A stretch of DNA of 64,000 nt from assembly GCF_963676685.1 (NCBI RefSeq), contig NC_092348.1, positions 20,150,001 through 20,214,000 of the forward strand. Reading direction: 5' to 3'. A model generated the notes under the pieces. That model saw nothing but the letters and a program-made list of their open reading frames with translations, was not told where the DNA came from and did no database searches. This document shows, in pieces, positions 1 through 14,116 of this stretch; position 1 is the stretch's first letter; each line of letters begins with the position of its first letter. A program made the position numbers and the translations under genes. This stretch comes from Mytilus edulis (lineage: Eukaryota).

Positions 1-3000
1 GAATTTAAAAAATCTTAATGATTTGAAATTGAAAGCTGAAAATGGTGTAAAAAGTTGTCCGCTGGTTGAATTATTAAAGTTAGAGAATGGTACAACGTTG
101 CACCAAAATTCATTATTTACTTTTGTATTTCCGCAAAAAGAAACGATAAAATTGTGGTACTATTTTTTGCAGAATGTTTTATATCCTTTTTTATTCACTC
201 TGATTTTGTCACGAGTTGAAAGTCAAATATAAATAGGTAAAAAAATCAATTTACTTTTGTGTTTATTTTCCTCACAAAAGGACGGAAATTAAAGAAATAA
301 ACATTGAAATGCTGTTTCCAAATAACATTTAATGAAAATCAAATAAAATTCTGATCAAAGTACCCAAAAAGGAAACCGATTTCAACGGTTTCTGAACACC
401 GGAAAAAGTAATTTCCCGAAACATACATACCGGGGATCATCATTCCAGTCAAGCCCGGAAAGCTACAAGTCCTATAGTAATCAGGTTTAATTCCCTGCAT
501 CGGAACTCTCTTGTAAAAAGAGTACAATAAATAGATTAGATCGGTTTTGTATTTACTTCAAAAGTTCAAATCGACACATCCAATTACTTCGTTTCTGTTC
601 GCGTTTCCGAAATGCGTCGACAACTATTTCCCAAACGGAACTAAGACGGAACTTGTACCACTGCCGGTTACAGCAATGCTTGTTTAAACTTTATAAAGGA
701 AACTCTCATACATGGTTTTTAAATAAGTTCCTGAAAGACCAGAAATAATGTGTACAAAAGCTTTATTGATTTATAGAATTCGATTTTTATACGAAAGTCA
801 TGTTTAATCATACAGTAATCAACGTATCCAATCAGAAATTCATTATGTAGGCGTGGTTTACATGATAGGCGTTACCTTGGTATCAATTGCATCTTGTCAC
901 GCGCTATCATCAGCCTCAGATACATTCTGCAGACGATTGACATAACAGTATATTTTCTTTTTATTTATCATTTATCACTGTAAAATATTATAATCTCTAG
1001 GATGATATTTTATGTATTAAGGAATAGCTAAAAAAAAACAAAATCATTTCGAATGAATATATTTGGTTAAAATGATTGATAAAGGACGAACAAATATGTC
1101 ATCTGATTGTAGTGCTTAGTGATGTAGTTGGTGTACTTATATTATAGTAACAGTAAATTAGAATATCAATTATATTACATAAAATCTAACATAGCAAAGC
1201 CCATATAATGGAATGGGTAGAACAGTCAATATTTGAGAAATATAACGATGTAAAATTTTAACTTAACTGTAACGCAGTGGAATTATCGATCAAAAGATTT
1301 GATAAAATGTTGTATTTACCTTGTTAATATCAAATATTTAACAATTTGCTTATTTGTTTAACATGAAACTGATTTTTCAAATTTATTTGTCTTTTTTACT
1401 TTATTTTATTTTTTTCACATATCAGCGGAAGAAATTACGTTTAATATGAATACGAAGAGACGTGTTTGAGAGCAGGATTGGAAAATGATAATAACAATTA
1501 AATAAAAAAAAATGATTTACCTTTAACACTGTTCTAGTTTTTTTCCTTCATAAGAAAGGAAGTCATCCTATAAACTAGCACTCAAAGACTGAAACAATGT
1601 AGTACGAGCATACAACAAATTTAAAATTTTCTTATTCCTTATTCAGGAGAAAAATCTCGGCAAAACATTTTCACTGAACTATATAGCTACTGCTAGTATA
1701 CATTTTTAAGTGGCCAGTTTATAATAAGCAGGCCTCCGGATTCTGGATTTTTCGCTGTGTTGAAGACCTAGTGGTGACCTAAGGCTGTTTTCTGTTCTTG
1801 CACCGGGGTTGTTGTTTATTTGACACTAGCGCTCCTTAAATGGGAGAATCTTAAGTAATGCTTTTACTCATGTTTAATTTCATCATAAAATATAAGCAAA
1901 GTAGCCAAAACGAAAGTCCTGTTTATTTATCAATAGAAGCATAAACAAATTTTTTCCTCACACGAAAATATGCAACTTAATCTAGGATTTATTATTTCTA
2001 CAGATAAGTATGTTTTACCAAAATATCATAGTATACAAATCATGCTTTTAAAACGACTTTCATTTTCTTATAAAAGTAATGAAATATAGAAAAGATAATT
2101 GTTTACATTTACGTAATATAAATGGTTTTCTTCTTTTTCGCAAATGCGTTCTATAACTCATAACTACATGTTCAAAATTTTCCGGACGCCGTCTAGAGTT
2201 TGTTTGACCGTTATGGGATATCTGTTTTATTACAGATGACGATTGGTATGATCCTAATGTCGTAACCACAATTCCGTCCTCTTTTCCTCTGATTAGACTT
2301 ACCGTATTATCCGCCAGTTTGTACTTACATGAGCAAAACGACGGGTTTGACTAATGAAGCAGAATCTGCTTACAATGTACCTGTCTTGAGCACCTACGAT
2401 TACCTACGAATTTTGATGGGATTTCTGTTGCTCTGTTTTAAGTTTTCTATGGAGTGTTTTGTGAACAGTTGTTTGTCGTTTTGTTGTTGTTGTTTTTTAG
2501 TTTTGCCATTGCTTGTTTAGATTAATTTGATTTATGAGTTTTAATGGTCTTTTGGTATATTTCGCCTGTCTTTTATGACAAACAATCAAATATAAATAAC
2601 AATGGTAATATATTTTAAGTAAAAAAAACACGAATTACATTACTGGATAAAATAGATTTTTTCGCTTGAAAAACTTATTCTTACCTGAAAAATGTAAAAT
2701 AAAATAAACAATTTAAGAAGCATTAATGGACATATCAGTTTCTTTTTTTTTTTTAACTTATGTTGATTCATGTTTGTTAACATCTTTCTATACTTCATGT
2801 GGGGGCTTTCTAAATCACATCGTTAGAGGTCACACACCAGTGGACCGATACCATGATATTCAATATGACAAAGTGTGTCTTTTTTCTTATCAATTTCCAG
2901 TCCATTTACATCACTTATTTTCAATAGTCTGATAATCTATAACATTGTGCTTTACTATATACATATTATTGCAGAAAAAGGATTTAGTCATAATTTGATA

Positions 3001-3104
3001 TTTTTTATATTTACCGAAATCATATTTGTATCATTTGCCAAGACAGAATTTTATATGTTTAGATTTTTAGTAATTGTTGTTGAAACACTGTATAGTCGTA
3101 TATA

Positions 3105-3576
3105 AGCTAATGCCTTCATCACTATGATCAGACCAACCCTTGAATACGCTTCCTCCGTATGGGACCCTTACCAACAAAACCTTGAAAAAGACCTAGAACA
3201 AGTACACAGAAGGGGAGCTAGGTTGGTGTTCAATGAATACCAAGACGTATCCCCAGGTTGTGTCAGCTCTTTAGTGCAGAGAATAAGATGGGAGCCTCTA
3301 AAAGATTTCCGTTGCAAAGACCGCCTCACCATTGCTTACTAGATCCACAATAGATTGGTAGATATTGACCCCTCAAACTATTACAAACCCGGAGATTCAC
3401 AGACCAGAGGAGGCCACCGCATACACCAACAGCGTACTCTAAAAGACCAGTACAGGTACTCCTTCTTCCCAAGATCAACCAGGGAATAGAACACCCTACC
3501 AGAAAAAGCCACAACAGCAGCTACACTAGAAGAATTCAAGGCCAGCCTTACCATCCTGCAAGAGGCCTTGTTGTAA
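3105..3576 (+). mobile_element. 3' fragment of a CR1/L2-group LINE ORF2 (post-RT C-terminal region), decayed
   Basis: Reads IRPTLEYASSVWDPY...LEQVHRRGAR...WEPL...R...AY*IHN...YRYSFFPRSTRE*NTLP...LEEFK in one frame through two TAG stops. These are typical LINE ORF2 C-terminal motifs (RP.LEY.S.VW.P; SFFPR....WN.LP). Confidence 0.85.
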
Positions 3577-6500
3577 TTTTTATGGAACGTGCCGACTAAC
3601 GACACTTTTCCATCCCCATTCATTATGTGTAAAACAGATTAAACTTTTTTCACTTTCAATAATGTATACCTCGTATTGTATACTTATAGTGACATTGCCT
3701 CGTGTCAATGCACCTGCATTACAGACACGTGTGTTTCATTTTCCGACTGTATGCGCATATAATTTGGCAAGTCACGTGAGCGCGTGCAAGGTTTCATTCG
3801 TATTTGTACGCCTGTTAAAGCGAGTCATGAATATCATGAAGAATGTATCGAATTTCATTATTTCTCATTTCGAATGCATCGCCCAAAATTTAAAGGAATT
3901 GAAAAGTAAAGATTAAAAGAGTAAAGATTAAATATGAATATTGATTTCTGTTAGAGACTAATGAATGAATTCAACTTTCTCTGGCTTACTTTTAATTTCA
4001 ATGCACGTGCTTTAACCTTCGATGTATAAAACCATTATCAAAAGATAAAGAAATAAAGACATTGAACAAAAGTTGTATTCACATAGTTATTCTATTTTCC
4101 CTTCTTCTAGATTGAATAACAGCTATAATTGGGCCCATTATAACAATTAAATGAAAACGTTTGTCTATTGGTTTGATCTGATGTTTTGATTTAATCAGAT
4201 TTTATTTGAATTTGGTAACAACAAGGTGACTGACTCACTTAGGTGGCATTTCAAAGTAAACATTATTTTAGTTTTTCAGTTTTTTTATTTAACGTTTATA
4301 TATTTTTTCTGATTAATCGATCAAAATGTTAGTTCACAAATTTCAGAAACCTGATAACAACAAAAGTCGACGCCGTTTAAACTGAAACTTTGTACATTTT
4401 TTTCAAAAATGCCTCATTAATTTGCATTGCTTCAGAGATGTCATAATTAATAGCTGTACCCATTTTTAATACATTATGTCCTAAAAATGGTTGAACGTGT
4501 TTTCATCCATACTCTTTAAGTGAAAAAAGAGAAAAAAAATCTGAGAGGTAATTGAATAAAAGACGCCAAACGTAGAATGGCTTAGATTTGGTTTTGCGGT
4601 AGTGTTATATGGTTGTTTTCTCAGACATTTTGTCTCGAATCTTCTGAATAATGATTTTTCAAACGCATGCGTCCTGTGCATAGAAATTGAAATTGCATAT
4701 ATTTTTTTTTAATTTGCGCATTACTCGCTTCTTTGTTTTTATCTTAATGTTTAGCTCCAATGCTTCAAATCAGTTTATCGATACATATAATAATCCGTTG
4801 ATCGAGTAGCGTACGGTCCATTTGGTGTATGTTGTAACAAATGCTACAAATTAGTAAAAACATGTTATTTTCTGGCAAATACCCTGTTTTTTTTTGTTTT
4901 TTTTTGCATGATACGATATCGTGGATTTAGCAAAATTGTTCGATATAACCAAGGATTTGTATAGTCTTACTATACAAATCCTTGATATAACAAAGCTCTT
5001 CATTCTTTTTATAAGCTTTGGATTTAAAATATTTTGGCCTCGAGCATGGCCGAAGAGACATAGATTGTCGAACAATGCGCATCGGTGCAGAAAAATTGGT
5101 ACCGTTTATGTTATAACAAAGACAACAATGATAGATGAAAATGTTCTAACCATAGCCATAAACACATTGCAATGAGATAAGTTCTGACCAAAACAATTTA
5201 GCACAAAAAAGACTAATATCGCAGCGAGATGTGGTGCATAGAAATAGGAAGATGTGGTATGAGTGGCAATGAGACAACTCTCCATCCAAGTCACAATTTA
5301 TAAAAGGAAACCATTATAGGTCAAGGTATGGCTAAATTAATCAGAGATCAAATGAGGTAAATGTAAGCAACTCTTTGTCCTCGTACAGACTTCAGCAATA
5401 AGCAAAATCCATTACATAAAGTAAGCTATAACAGTCACTGACATGACAAAATGTTAAAAATCCAAACGAGAAACGAAAAACCAATACTTAACATTTTAAT
5501 GCAAAATACAAAGTAATGAATAAAAGTCTTATTTCAATATTTTAATTCGTATCATGCACGATGCATTGCTTAAGTTTATGTGAATTCAAAACAGTCTAAT
5601 AGTCTATTTACAAATTCCCTGCACCAACCGACGAACCAAATTTTAAGATACCTCATCAATGTGAATTTTACGAAAGATAATTTGAATCAAAGTCCTATTA
5701 AACAAGTTTCTAAGGATAATTATCTTGATGGATTTATTGAACAGATACTAAACGTTTTTTAGTCATATTTATTACGAATTCGTAACGTATAATCGACAAA
5801 ATATTATTTCGTCTTTTCATTGTTGATTGAAAACTTTGGCTCCTAGTTAACTTTCGGGTTTTTTCTGCCGAATGTTACCGTTTGTGACCTTGATAAATCA
5901 TTAACACAAACATAAGTGATCTGAGAGAGTGAATTCTTTTTTTTGGTTTTTTTTTCTTGCGTTCTAATAAGTAATTCAAACTTTTTCATAGCAGTTGTCA
6001 AATAATTAAGTGTATTCAATTTAAACTTTCATTATGATCATATGACTTTCAGTATAATCTTTTTTTGAAAAAAATATTATTTCGAAGAAAAAACTTTGTT
6101 TATATTTTTATTTTTCAAAATGTTTTAATGAAAATCACTTATCTCAATTTTGACCTAATGTACTATGAAAGCGACATGCCTTTCGCATATTTCATAGTGA
6201 AAATGATTAACAAATGGTAAAATTGTACAATTTGCACCGGACCTATAGTTCTCAAATAAACGGACTTTTTTCAATGTAACTTTATACAAACGAAGATCAC
6301 CAATTCAAAGAATGATACCCTTGTCCATGGCTCTATGTATAAAGGGAGGGGGTAATATAAAGTATTTTAATTTGTTGATAGATTCTGAAATCAAAATAAA
6401 GTCATGTAGTAGCGACATCACCACTTTGCATGACCTGGTTTTGTAAAATATCTTTGGATTTACACTGGTTGATTTTAAAGTGTAAGATTCCGATATCAAG

Positions 6501-7159
6501 TCAATGGATTGAATGTGTTTGTCAAAGATTTTTTCACATGTTTTTATTTAGTGCTGCTTTTTTATGTACCACGGATTTTTGTGTGGTTATATCCTGTCTT
6601 ATGAGCACCTGAGATCACCAATAGTTTTTGGTGGGGTTCGTGTTGCTTATTCTTCAGTTTTCTATGTTGTGTCATGTGTTCTATTGTCTGTCTGTTTGTC
6701 TTCTTTCATTTTAGGCAAGCGTTGTCAGTTTGTTTTCGATTTATGAGTTTGACTGTCCCTCTGGTATCTTTCGTCCCTCTTTTATGCCGATGTTATCATG
6801 TTTTATATCATATAGAAATAAGAAGATGTTGAATGAGTGTCAATGAAGACAACTCTCCATCCAAGTCACACTATAGACTTGATCTTCCTATATCTATTGA
6901 TAGTTGATTTATCAATAGACCTAAGCTTTGATAAATTAATAACTGAAGAATGACGGGCACATCACATTGTGACCTGTTGCAGTAGATGAACTCTTTTTTT
7001 AGCTACTGTGTTGTACTTTATTGGCTTCAAAGTAAGTGGTCATTAGTCTTTTAATGGCGGTTTTATGATGTGCTTTCATCCCAAAACATAAAGAATATTC
7101 ATATTTTCTAAGAAAATCCTATATAATGGTAAACTTGCGTGTACTATACTTGTTAGAAA

Positions 7160-7404
7160 GGAAATGGCGGATACACGTGTCTACAAAAGGACGTAAAGCT
7201 ATGATTGATTATTTTCGAACTGCCTGTCATATAACATCACAAGCCATTAGCTACATTAAGGTTTTCAAACGTAATCAGCGCAACTTCCGGACACACAGGG
7301 AACTTCCTGTCATCACCGGCCATTAAAATATCCGCGACGTTTTCCTCGTCTTGTTTATAGATAAGAAGTAAGAGTAATTTTACCGTCAAAGAAATAAGGT
7401 AAGC
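7160..7404 (+). promoter_or_regulatory. Putative promoter and non-coding first exon ending at a splice donor
   Basis: Local cluster of YY1-like AAATGGCG, E-box CACGTG and ETS-like ACTTCCGG/ACTTCCTG, followed by a strong donor AAG|GTAAGC at ~7398. No downstream CDS was linked convincingly. Confidence 0.25.
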
Positions 7405-7788
7405 GACATATAATTGGCGTTTGGAAGATAGAATGATGTACAAAAAGAAATTAAAACTTAAAACAACGGAACCAGTTAAACTCCTGATGATATGTCTGCA
7501 GTAAAGTGATGTTTACCGGTGAACATAATAAATTTTAATGCGAAGTTAATATATTTAAGACATACAAGTTATTTAGACAGTAGAAGACTTACATGGAAAA
7601 TATTTGCATTTGTTGTCTTCTGGTCCGGAAATCTTTCATTACAATCAAAAGTCAAAATTGAATCGTTAGCATTTTAAAGATAAACTTAATGTGTTTCCAT
7701 GCTTTAAGATCGGTTGTATATAATACTATGTTTTACTTCAGTGGAATAAGAAGCACGTAGGTTGTGCTGGTTGTTTGAGACCTATCAA

Positions 7789-8106
7789 CATGTATAACAG
7801 TTCACCTGTATACATCGTGTATAAACGTACACCTGTGTACATCATGTATAACCGTGCACCTGTGCACATTATGTATAACCGCACACATGTGTACATCATG
7901 TATAACCGTATACCTGTGTTCATTATGTTTAACCATACAACTGTGGACATCATGTCTAGCCGCACACCTGTGGACATCGTGTATAACCGTACACCGTGTA
8001 CATTATGTATAACCGTGCACCTGTGTACATCATGTATAGCCGTACACATGTGTACATCGTGTATAACCGTACACCTAAATACATCATGAATAACTGTACA
8101 CCTGTA
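7789..8106. repeat. 27-bp minisatellite, ~11-12 degenerate copies
   Basis: Unit CATGTATAACCGTACACCTGTGTACAT. Explains the 9-aa periodic ORFs on both strands. Confidence 0.9.
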
Positions 8107-8570
8107 TTACATAGCTCGGCCAGCATTCGTTTTTGTTTTAAACATTAACAGCCCTTGTCAACTTAATTTGCACAAAACGAATTTTCTTTTAAAAAGTTCC
8201 TCGATTAAAGCCAATGGAAATGTGTATAGTTAAGAACGTTAATTATCGAATTATAAAAGTACATAATAAATAAAAGTCATTGCATGCTAGCAAAAAACTA
8301 GTCCCAGAATATCTCTTATCTTATTCAGTTGCCTTCTAATCGGGCAGACCCAAGAACAAAAAATTAAAAAAAGTTACGTTTGTTTTTATATTTTACTTTA
8401 TGGTTGATTACTAGTTTTGTTTTTTTGGCTCTGTGAATCAATGAACAGTTATTTATTGTCTTCAAGGCCCATCAGGAAAAGTTACATTATGTTTTACACT
8501 GTACTGACTTGTATAGTCTGAGAAAGTTACATAAAATTTCAACATAGCACACCTTTTAAAGACGATTCTA

Positions 8571-8740
8571 GGGCGTGCGTGGCCGAATAGGTTAAGAAGT
8601 TTCTCTACAGAACTCCCAATCTTGATTGACTTAGTTTTCCAGTTTTCATGCCAAAGCCCTTTTTGTGTACATATGAACTCCGGTTTCCTCTACCAATAAA
8701 AACTGATAAATGTGGCACTAACCACAAACAACCAATCAGT
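8571..8740 (+). mobile_element. Degenerate tRNA-derived SINE fragment
   Basis: Head GGGCGTGCGTGGCCGAATAGGTTAAG (A-box-like) and core ACTCCGGTTTCCTCTACCAATAAAA, a motif typical of mollusc SINE bodies. Confidence 0.4.
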
Positions 8741-9159
8741 AATCAATTTAAAGATTAAGAAACAGTAATAAAGTGATTGAGTCATAAAACATAATAACGA
8801 AGGAAACACATAAATACAAAAACAAATATTACTCGTTAGAACAGCAATCAAGTGCTGTCATCGGCTCGGTTTTCGTCGTAAAATAACTCATGGTGCACCA
8901 GTCAATTGGCTTTAGTGTCTTCAAAACCTTAACTGGTGGTTGGCTCACTTTGGTTCAGTTAATGTTTTATCAGGGAGCGCTTATCTGGATTTACATATAT
9001 CGGCAACAATCTAACCCACACATTTGAAAGCCAGGAATGTACGAATACGTAGACACGTTATGATCTAAATAACCAAAGGGGCAAAAAGAATTTAACCGAA
9101 TTCAGCCTAGGGTTTATCTAATGCCATCTATTACTGACTAGTTTGACAACTGAACATGC

Positions 9160-9790
9160 AATATCATCAGTCCAATATGCTACAAGTATCATGGTCCAAA
9201 TTATGCTCCAGATATCATCAGTCCAATATGCTACAAGTATCATGGTCCAAATTATGCTTCAAATATCATCAGTCCAATTATGCTACAAGTATCATGGTCC
9301 AAATTATGCTCCAGATATCATCAGTCCAATATGCTACAAGTATCATGGTCCAAATTATGCTCCAGATATCATAAGTCCAATATGCTACAAGTATTATGGT
9401 CCAAATTATGCTCCAGATATTATCAATCCAATATTCTACAAGTATCATGGTCCAAATTATGCTCCAGATATTATCAGTCCAATATTCTACAAGTATCATG
9501 GTCCAAATTATGCTCCAGATATTATCAGTCCAATATTCTACAAGTATCATGGTCCAAATTATGCTCCAGATATTATCAGTCCAATATGCTACAAGTATCA
9601 TGGTCTAAATTATGCTCCAGATATTATCAGTCCAACATGCTACAAGTATTATGGTCCAAATTATGCTCCAGATATCATCAGTCCAATATGATGCACGTAT
9701 CATGGTCCAGATTATGCTCCAGATATCATCAGTGCAATATGCTGCACGTATCATCGGTCTATAATGCTCCAGATATTATCAGTCATAGCT
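9160..9790. repeat. 51-bp minisatellite, ~12 copies
   Basis: Unit ATATCATCAGTCCAATATGCTACAAGTATCATGGTCCAAATTATGCTCCAG, itself made of two related ~25-bp halves. Degenerates toward the 3' end. Confidence 0.95.
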
Positions 9791-10340
9791 ACATGTACAC
9801 ATTATCAGTTCAAAACGCTTCAGATATCTTACAACATAAACGAGACAACAACATTAGAATGATAAGACATATTACACCTAGAGTTCCATATACGTCCAAT
9901 GTCAAGGGAAAAGTGCCAATGTCGTATTTAAATCGAGAAAATGGCGGGATTATAAAGATGTCTGACTTAGTAACGAATTTAAATTATTCTAAGATACCAA
10001 GGTGATAACTATTCTTTGAGTTCTCTTCAAAAACAAGCATAGAAGGCTCAGATAGAAGGTAATAGCTATTATAGAAAGGAACGCTTACCTCACTATCAAA
10101 AATGTATACTTAAATTTGTATTCAGAAAAGTAAACATATGACCCATGCGTATTTTTTATTATCATAAAGAAGACCAATTAGACCGAAACGAAAATAACGG
10201 AACACTCTTTAAACGACAGAATGGTTATATGTAAGTAAAATAATGTTACTGTATGTGTCAGCCTTTCGATTAAAAACACTTCACAAAATTAATATTAGTT
10301 CCCAGATACATGTTTTATGCAACACAAAATGCTATTTCGT

Positions 10341-10775
10341 TTTTTATGCCCCACCTATGATAGAAGAGGGGCATTATGTTTTCTGGTCTGTGCCTCCGTT
10401 CGTTCGTCCGGTTAAAGTTTTTGGTCGAGGTAGTTTTTGATGAAGCTGAAGTCCAATCAACTTGAAACTTAATACACATGTTTCCCATGATATGATCTTT
10501 CTAATTTCAATGCCAAATTATAGTTTTGGCCCCAATTTCATGGTCCACTGAACATAGAAAATGATAGTGCAAATTTCAGTTAAAGTTTTTGGTCAAGGTA
10601 GTTTTTGATGAAGTTAAAGTTACATCAACTTGAAACTTAGTACACATGTTCCCTATGATATGATCTTTCTAATTTTAATTCCAAATTAAAGTTTTGACCC
10701 CAATTTCACTGTCCACTGAACATAGACAATGATAGTGGGAGTGAGGCATCCGTGTACTATGGACACATTCTTGTT
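10341..10775 (+). mobile_element. Non-autonomous Helentron-associated (HINE/DINE-1-like) element with two ~168-bp internal repeats
   Basis: 5' T-run, TGCCCC...GGGGCA inverted repeat, (CGTT/CGTC) microsatellite, internal repeat starting GTTAAAGTTTTTGGTC at ~10411 and ~10579, and a 3' stem-loop GTGT-ACTATGG-ACAC before ATTCTTGTT. Confidence 0.7.
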
Positions 10776-11181
10776 AATTCATTCTTTGAATATGAAATAA
10801 ACACATTTATTCTAAAACCAGTTGTTGGCATGATTTTATTGGATAAACCGATTATAATACTGTATGGTTTTTACTCATAATTGTATGTAGTACGCTGACT
10901 TAGTGTTGTGTATATTTGTGTTCTTGGGTCTTTAGTCAAAAGCTGTTCATGGGTAAGCATAAAACATCTCAATATTTTAGACTTAAAATTAAATTAAAAC
11001 TATTTATTTTAGAAAATAAATGACAACATGTAAGTATGCGTATTAGAGTTTTACAACATAAGTAATCAAACATGATATACCGCATAATTGAAAGGAGTGT
11101 GAGTATTTACACCAATGAGACAGCAACCTAACGACAAAATAAAAAAAAACCCATATAGAAGCAAAAGGTAGTTTTCACAAG

Positions 11182-11446
11182 TAGTCAGGTGTTATACAAC
11201 ATGCCAAGGTCTGAATCTGAATCTATAGTCAGGTGTTATACAACATACCAAGGTCTGAATCTGAATCTATAGTCAGGTGTTATACAACATACCAAGGTCT
11301 GAATCTGAATCTATAGTCAGGTGTTATACAACATGCCAAGGTCTGAATCTGAATCTATAGTCAGGTGTTATAAAACATACCAAGTTATGAATCTGAATCT
11401 AAAGTCAGGTGTTATACAACATGCCAAGGTCTGAATCTGAATCTAT
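11182..11446. repeat. 44-bp minisatellite, 6 copies
   Basis: Unit TAGTCAGGTGTTATACAACATRCCAAGGTCTGAATCTGAATCTA, period 44. Confidence 0.95.
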
Positions 11447-11494
11447 AAATCTAGATACAGTAAAGAATCACTTTAAAATATACATGTACAATCT

Positions 11495-12185
11495 GTCGAT
11501 AGCTGTATCTTGGCTTTGCACATGTCATGTTTTTTCTCTTACTGTTTATGATGTCTTTACGCTAAATCCATTGGATGTTTGATGTGTACTGATTGATGAT
11601 TTAGTCTTAGATGCATGATTTTTTTAATTAGTTGTTTGTGGCTTTGAACTAGCTGTACGTAGTGTCGTTTTGTTGTTGGGATATACAAGTACCCGGCCAC
11701 TGCCACTCTGTGTTTATGTTAGATGCATTTCTTGTTAGTTGTATTTCTATTTGTATCCATTTGATGAGTTAAGCCTTTTTTTAACTGATTTTAATAGTTC
11801 GTTATTATGTTGTACTGGTACACCACTGTCTTATTGTAGGAGGAGGGTTGGGATCCCGCTTACATGTCTAACCCTGCCACATTCTGTATGTGTGTGCGGC
11901 GTGCCTGTCCCAAGGCAGGGGCATATAATTCAGTGGTTGTCGTTTGTTGGAGTGTTACATATTTGTTTTTCGTTTATTTTTTTGTACATGAATTAGGCCG
12001 TTAGTTTCTCGTTTGAATTGTATTTACATTTGTCATTTCGGGGCCTTTTATAGCTGACTATGCGGTATGGACTTTGTTCATTGTTGAAGGCCGTACGGTG
12101 ACCTATAGTTGATAATGTCTGTGTTATTTGGTCTCTTGTGGAGAGTTGTCTCATTGGCATACATACCACATCTTTTATCTTATAC
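11495..12185 (+). mobile_element. Interspersed repeat related to the 3' region of the Penelope-like element at 35.7-36.9 kb, with a decayed SECIS-like motif
   Basis: TTGGCTTTGCACATGTCATGTTTTTTCTC..ATGAT..CTAAA aligns by eye with TTGGCATGACACGGGTTATGTTCTTCTC..ATGAT..CTAAA at 36308-36363. The downstream GGAGGGTTG...CCTGTCCCAAG module is shared too. Confidence 0.55.
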
Positions 12186-14116
12186 GATATAAACTGGCTA
12201 AAATTATCAGTTTTAGTTATTTACTTTTCTAAGTTCGACTGAAAGAATTTTGTTCCCATTATGACAGTTGTCTCTCATCATTCAAATTATTCGTAAAATA
12301 GAAAGCTGCTTTCAACAATGGTATAGACTAATATCCGATTTTCAATATATCAATTCTCCGCCATTGGTGGAATTGTTATTTTCTGTTATGGACTGCATAC
12401 GTCCTTCCTCCACGAGGACAACCCATACCGTATAGCGAGCTATAAAAGACACCGAGATAACAAAATCTGAAACATTTATACAGGGAAAAAAACAACACAG
12501 TTTAGCCAATAGCATTTGAAGTATTTTTATTATAATATTCGACATAAAACGACAAGCAATTTTCCTTTTTTTTTAAACAAAATATAATAAATTCGTAAAC
12601 ATTAAATTATGAATGCACAAAATTTACTTAAAATGAATATTAGACTCTATTTGTCAATTATTTTAGAACATATGTTTATACGCATTTATAATTCTCGTAA
12701 CAAGGCCATTAAATCGAATTTGTTAAAGTTGCTTAATTGTGAAACAAATTATACATTCGCGTGTATCATTTACTTAGTTTTGTTATTTCATTTGGTTTAC
12801 AAAGTTAGCGTTTAATGGGTGATTAGAGTCTGGTCAAGGAATAAATATATCATTTGGAATTATGACGTTTTCGCCTCAGTTGCTATCTGTCTTATTAAGA
12901 ATCGAGTGCCATGAAGAGTTGTGATCACAATATAATGGACTCGGTGGTAATTATACCACTGTATAGTTCTGACATGTGACATGGACGCAGAATCACAAAT
13001 GATAAGTCATAGGTCACGCAATGGCGCGTGCCGTTTCAAAGACGAGGCTATTGACACTGAAATGAAAAAGAACACAGAAGTGCAAGGTGCAGAATTATTT
13101 TGTAAGTGAATACGAACTCTAATATAAATAATTGTAATATGAACAATTTTAATTTTGATGATAAATGATACTTCTAATAAATAAGATTTTATTGTGACCG
13201 ACACACTTCGTTCTAACTGATTTACGGGTCACCGCGGCTGCGAATGTGTAGAATTTATAATTTATATTAACAAGGTTGAGATCACCTTAATAAGTGAATG
13301 ATTATTAATGAAACTATTCTATCAAAACATTCAATTAATGGAATTTTTATTTATAATTAAAGTTCAAATGAATTCATACCTTTTTTTATTTGTCAGATAT
13401 TTCTCGTAATTTTATAATATCGAGCTGAAATTTTTGCATAATATAGGAAAGTTTTATACCAGGTATACGGGTTTAGTGGTATGTTAGACATGGCGTATTG
13501 CATATCATTAGAAGTGCCCCTATACGTTTTTATGCTCGTCAGCCTGCCCTAGCTACTTGCATATGTATTTAAAGTCCCATAAACCCTCTCGTGTTGACCT
13601 GGTACATAAGGAATACAATTTCAATAAAGCATAAGATCACATCACCTCCAATCTAATGCTTATTTTTCTGATCGTCATTTTACTTTTTTATAAAATGATA
13701 TTGTCTGTGTCTGTCTGTCTGTATTCAATTATAGGTTTGATTTCCCCTTGTTTCATAACAAATTATCTGTTTGACAGGTCGTATTTCATATCCATACTTA
13801 ATATAGGTTCAGAAACACTGTAGACTTCTGACTATTTTTTATGCAGAGCATTAAGCAAAAAACGTAAGTATTAAAATATTTGATTTCATTGCAGATTTTG
13901 TAAAATCCTGATGCGGAATAGCCGACTTGTTTTATCAAATCCTGCATGTGGTCCACATTAAATCTTTATAATTGTCATACAATTTAGTAATTAAGGGTTT
14001 GACTAATTTACGATATATATGGTATCCCTGTTGTAATGGTTTTTATATTGGTAGTGGAAAAAAATTACATTAATTAAAATTCAAGACTTGACTGCAAACA
14101 CGCGGACATCGAACCA

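Noticed and set aside
7738-10005. Repetitive ORFs (7738-8089, 9143-10005) as real proteins
   Set aside because: They arise from 27- and 51-bp tandem repeats, are open in several frames and on both strands, and lack a signal peptide or splice context.
11182-11446. CRISPR-like array (also considered for the 18-, 27-, 51- and 123-bp arrays)
   Set aside because: Head-to-tail repeats without unique spacers, no cas genes, eukaryotic context.
13895-13930. TCC TGA TG resembling the antizyme +1 frameshift site
   Set aside because: The +1 frame stops after three codons and there is no antizyme-like ORF2.
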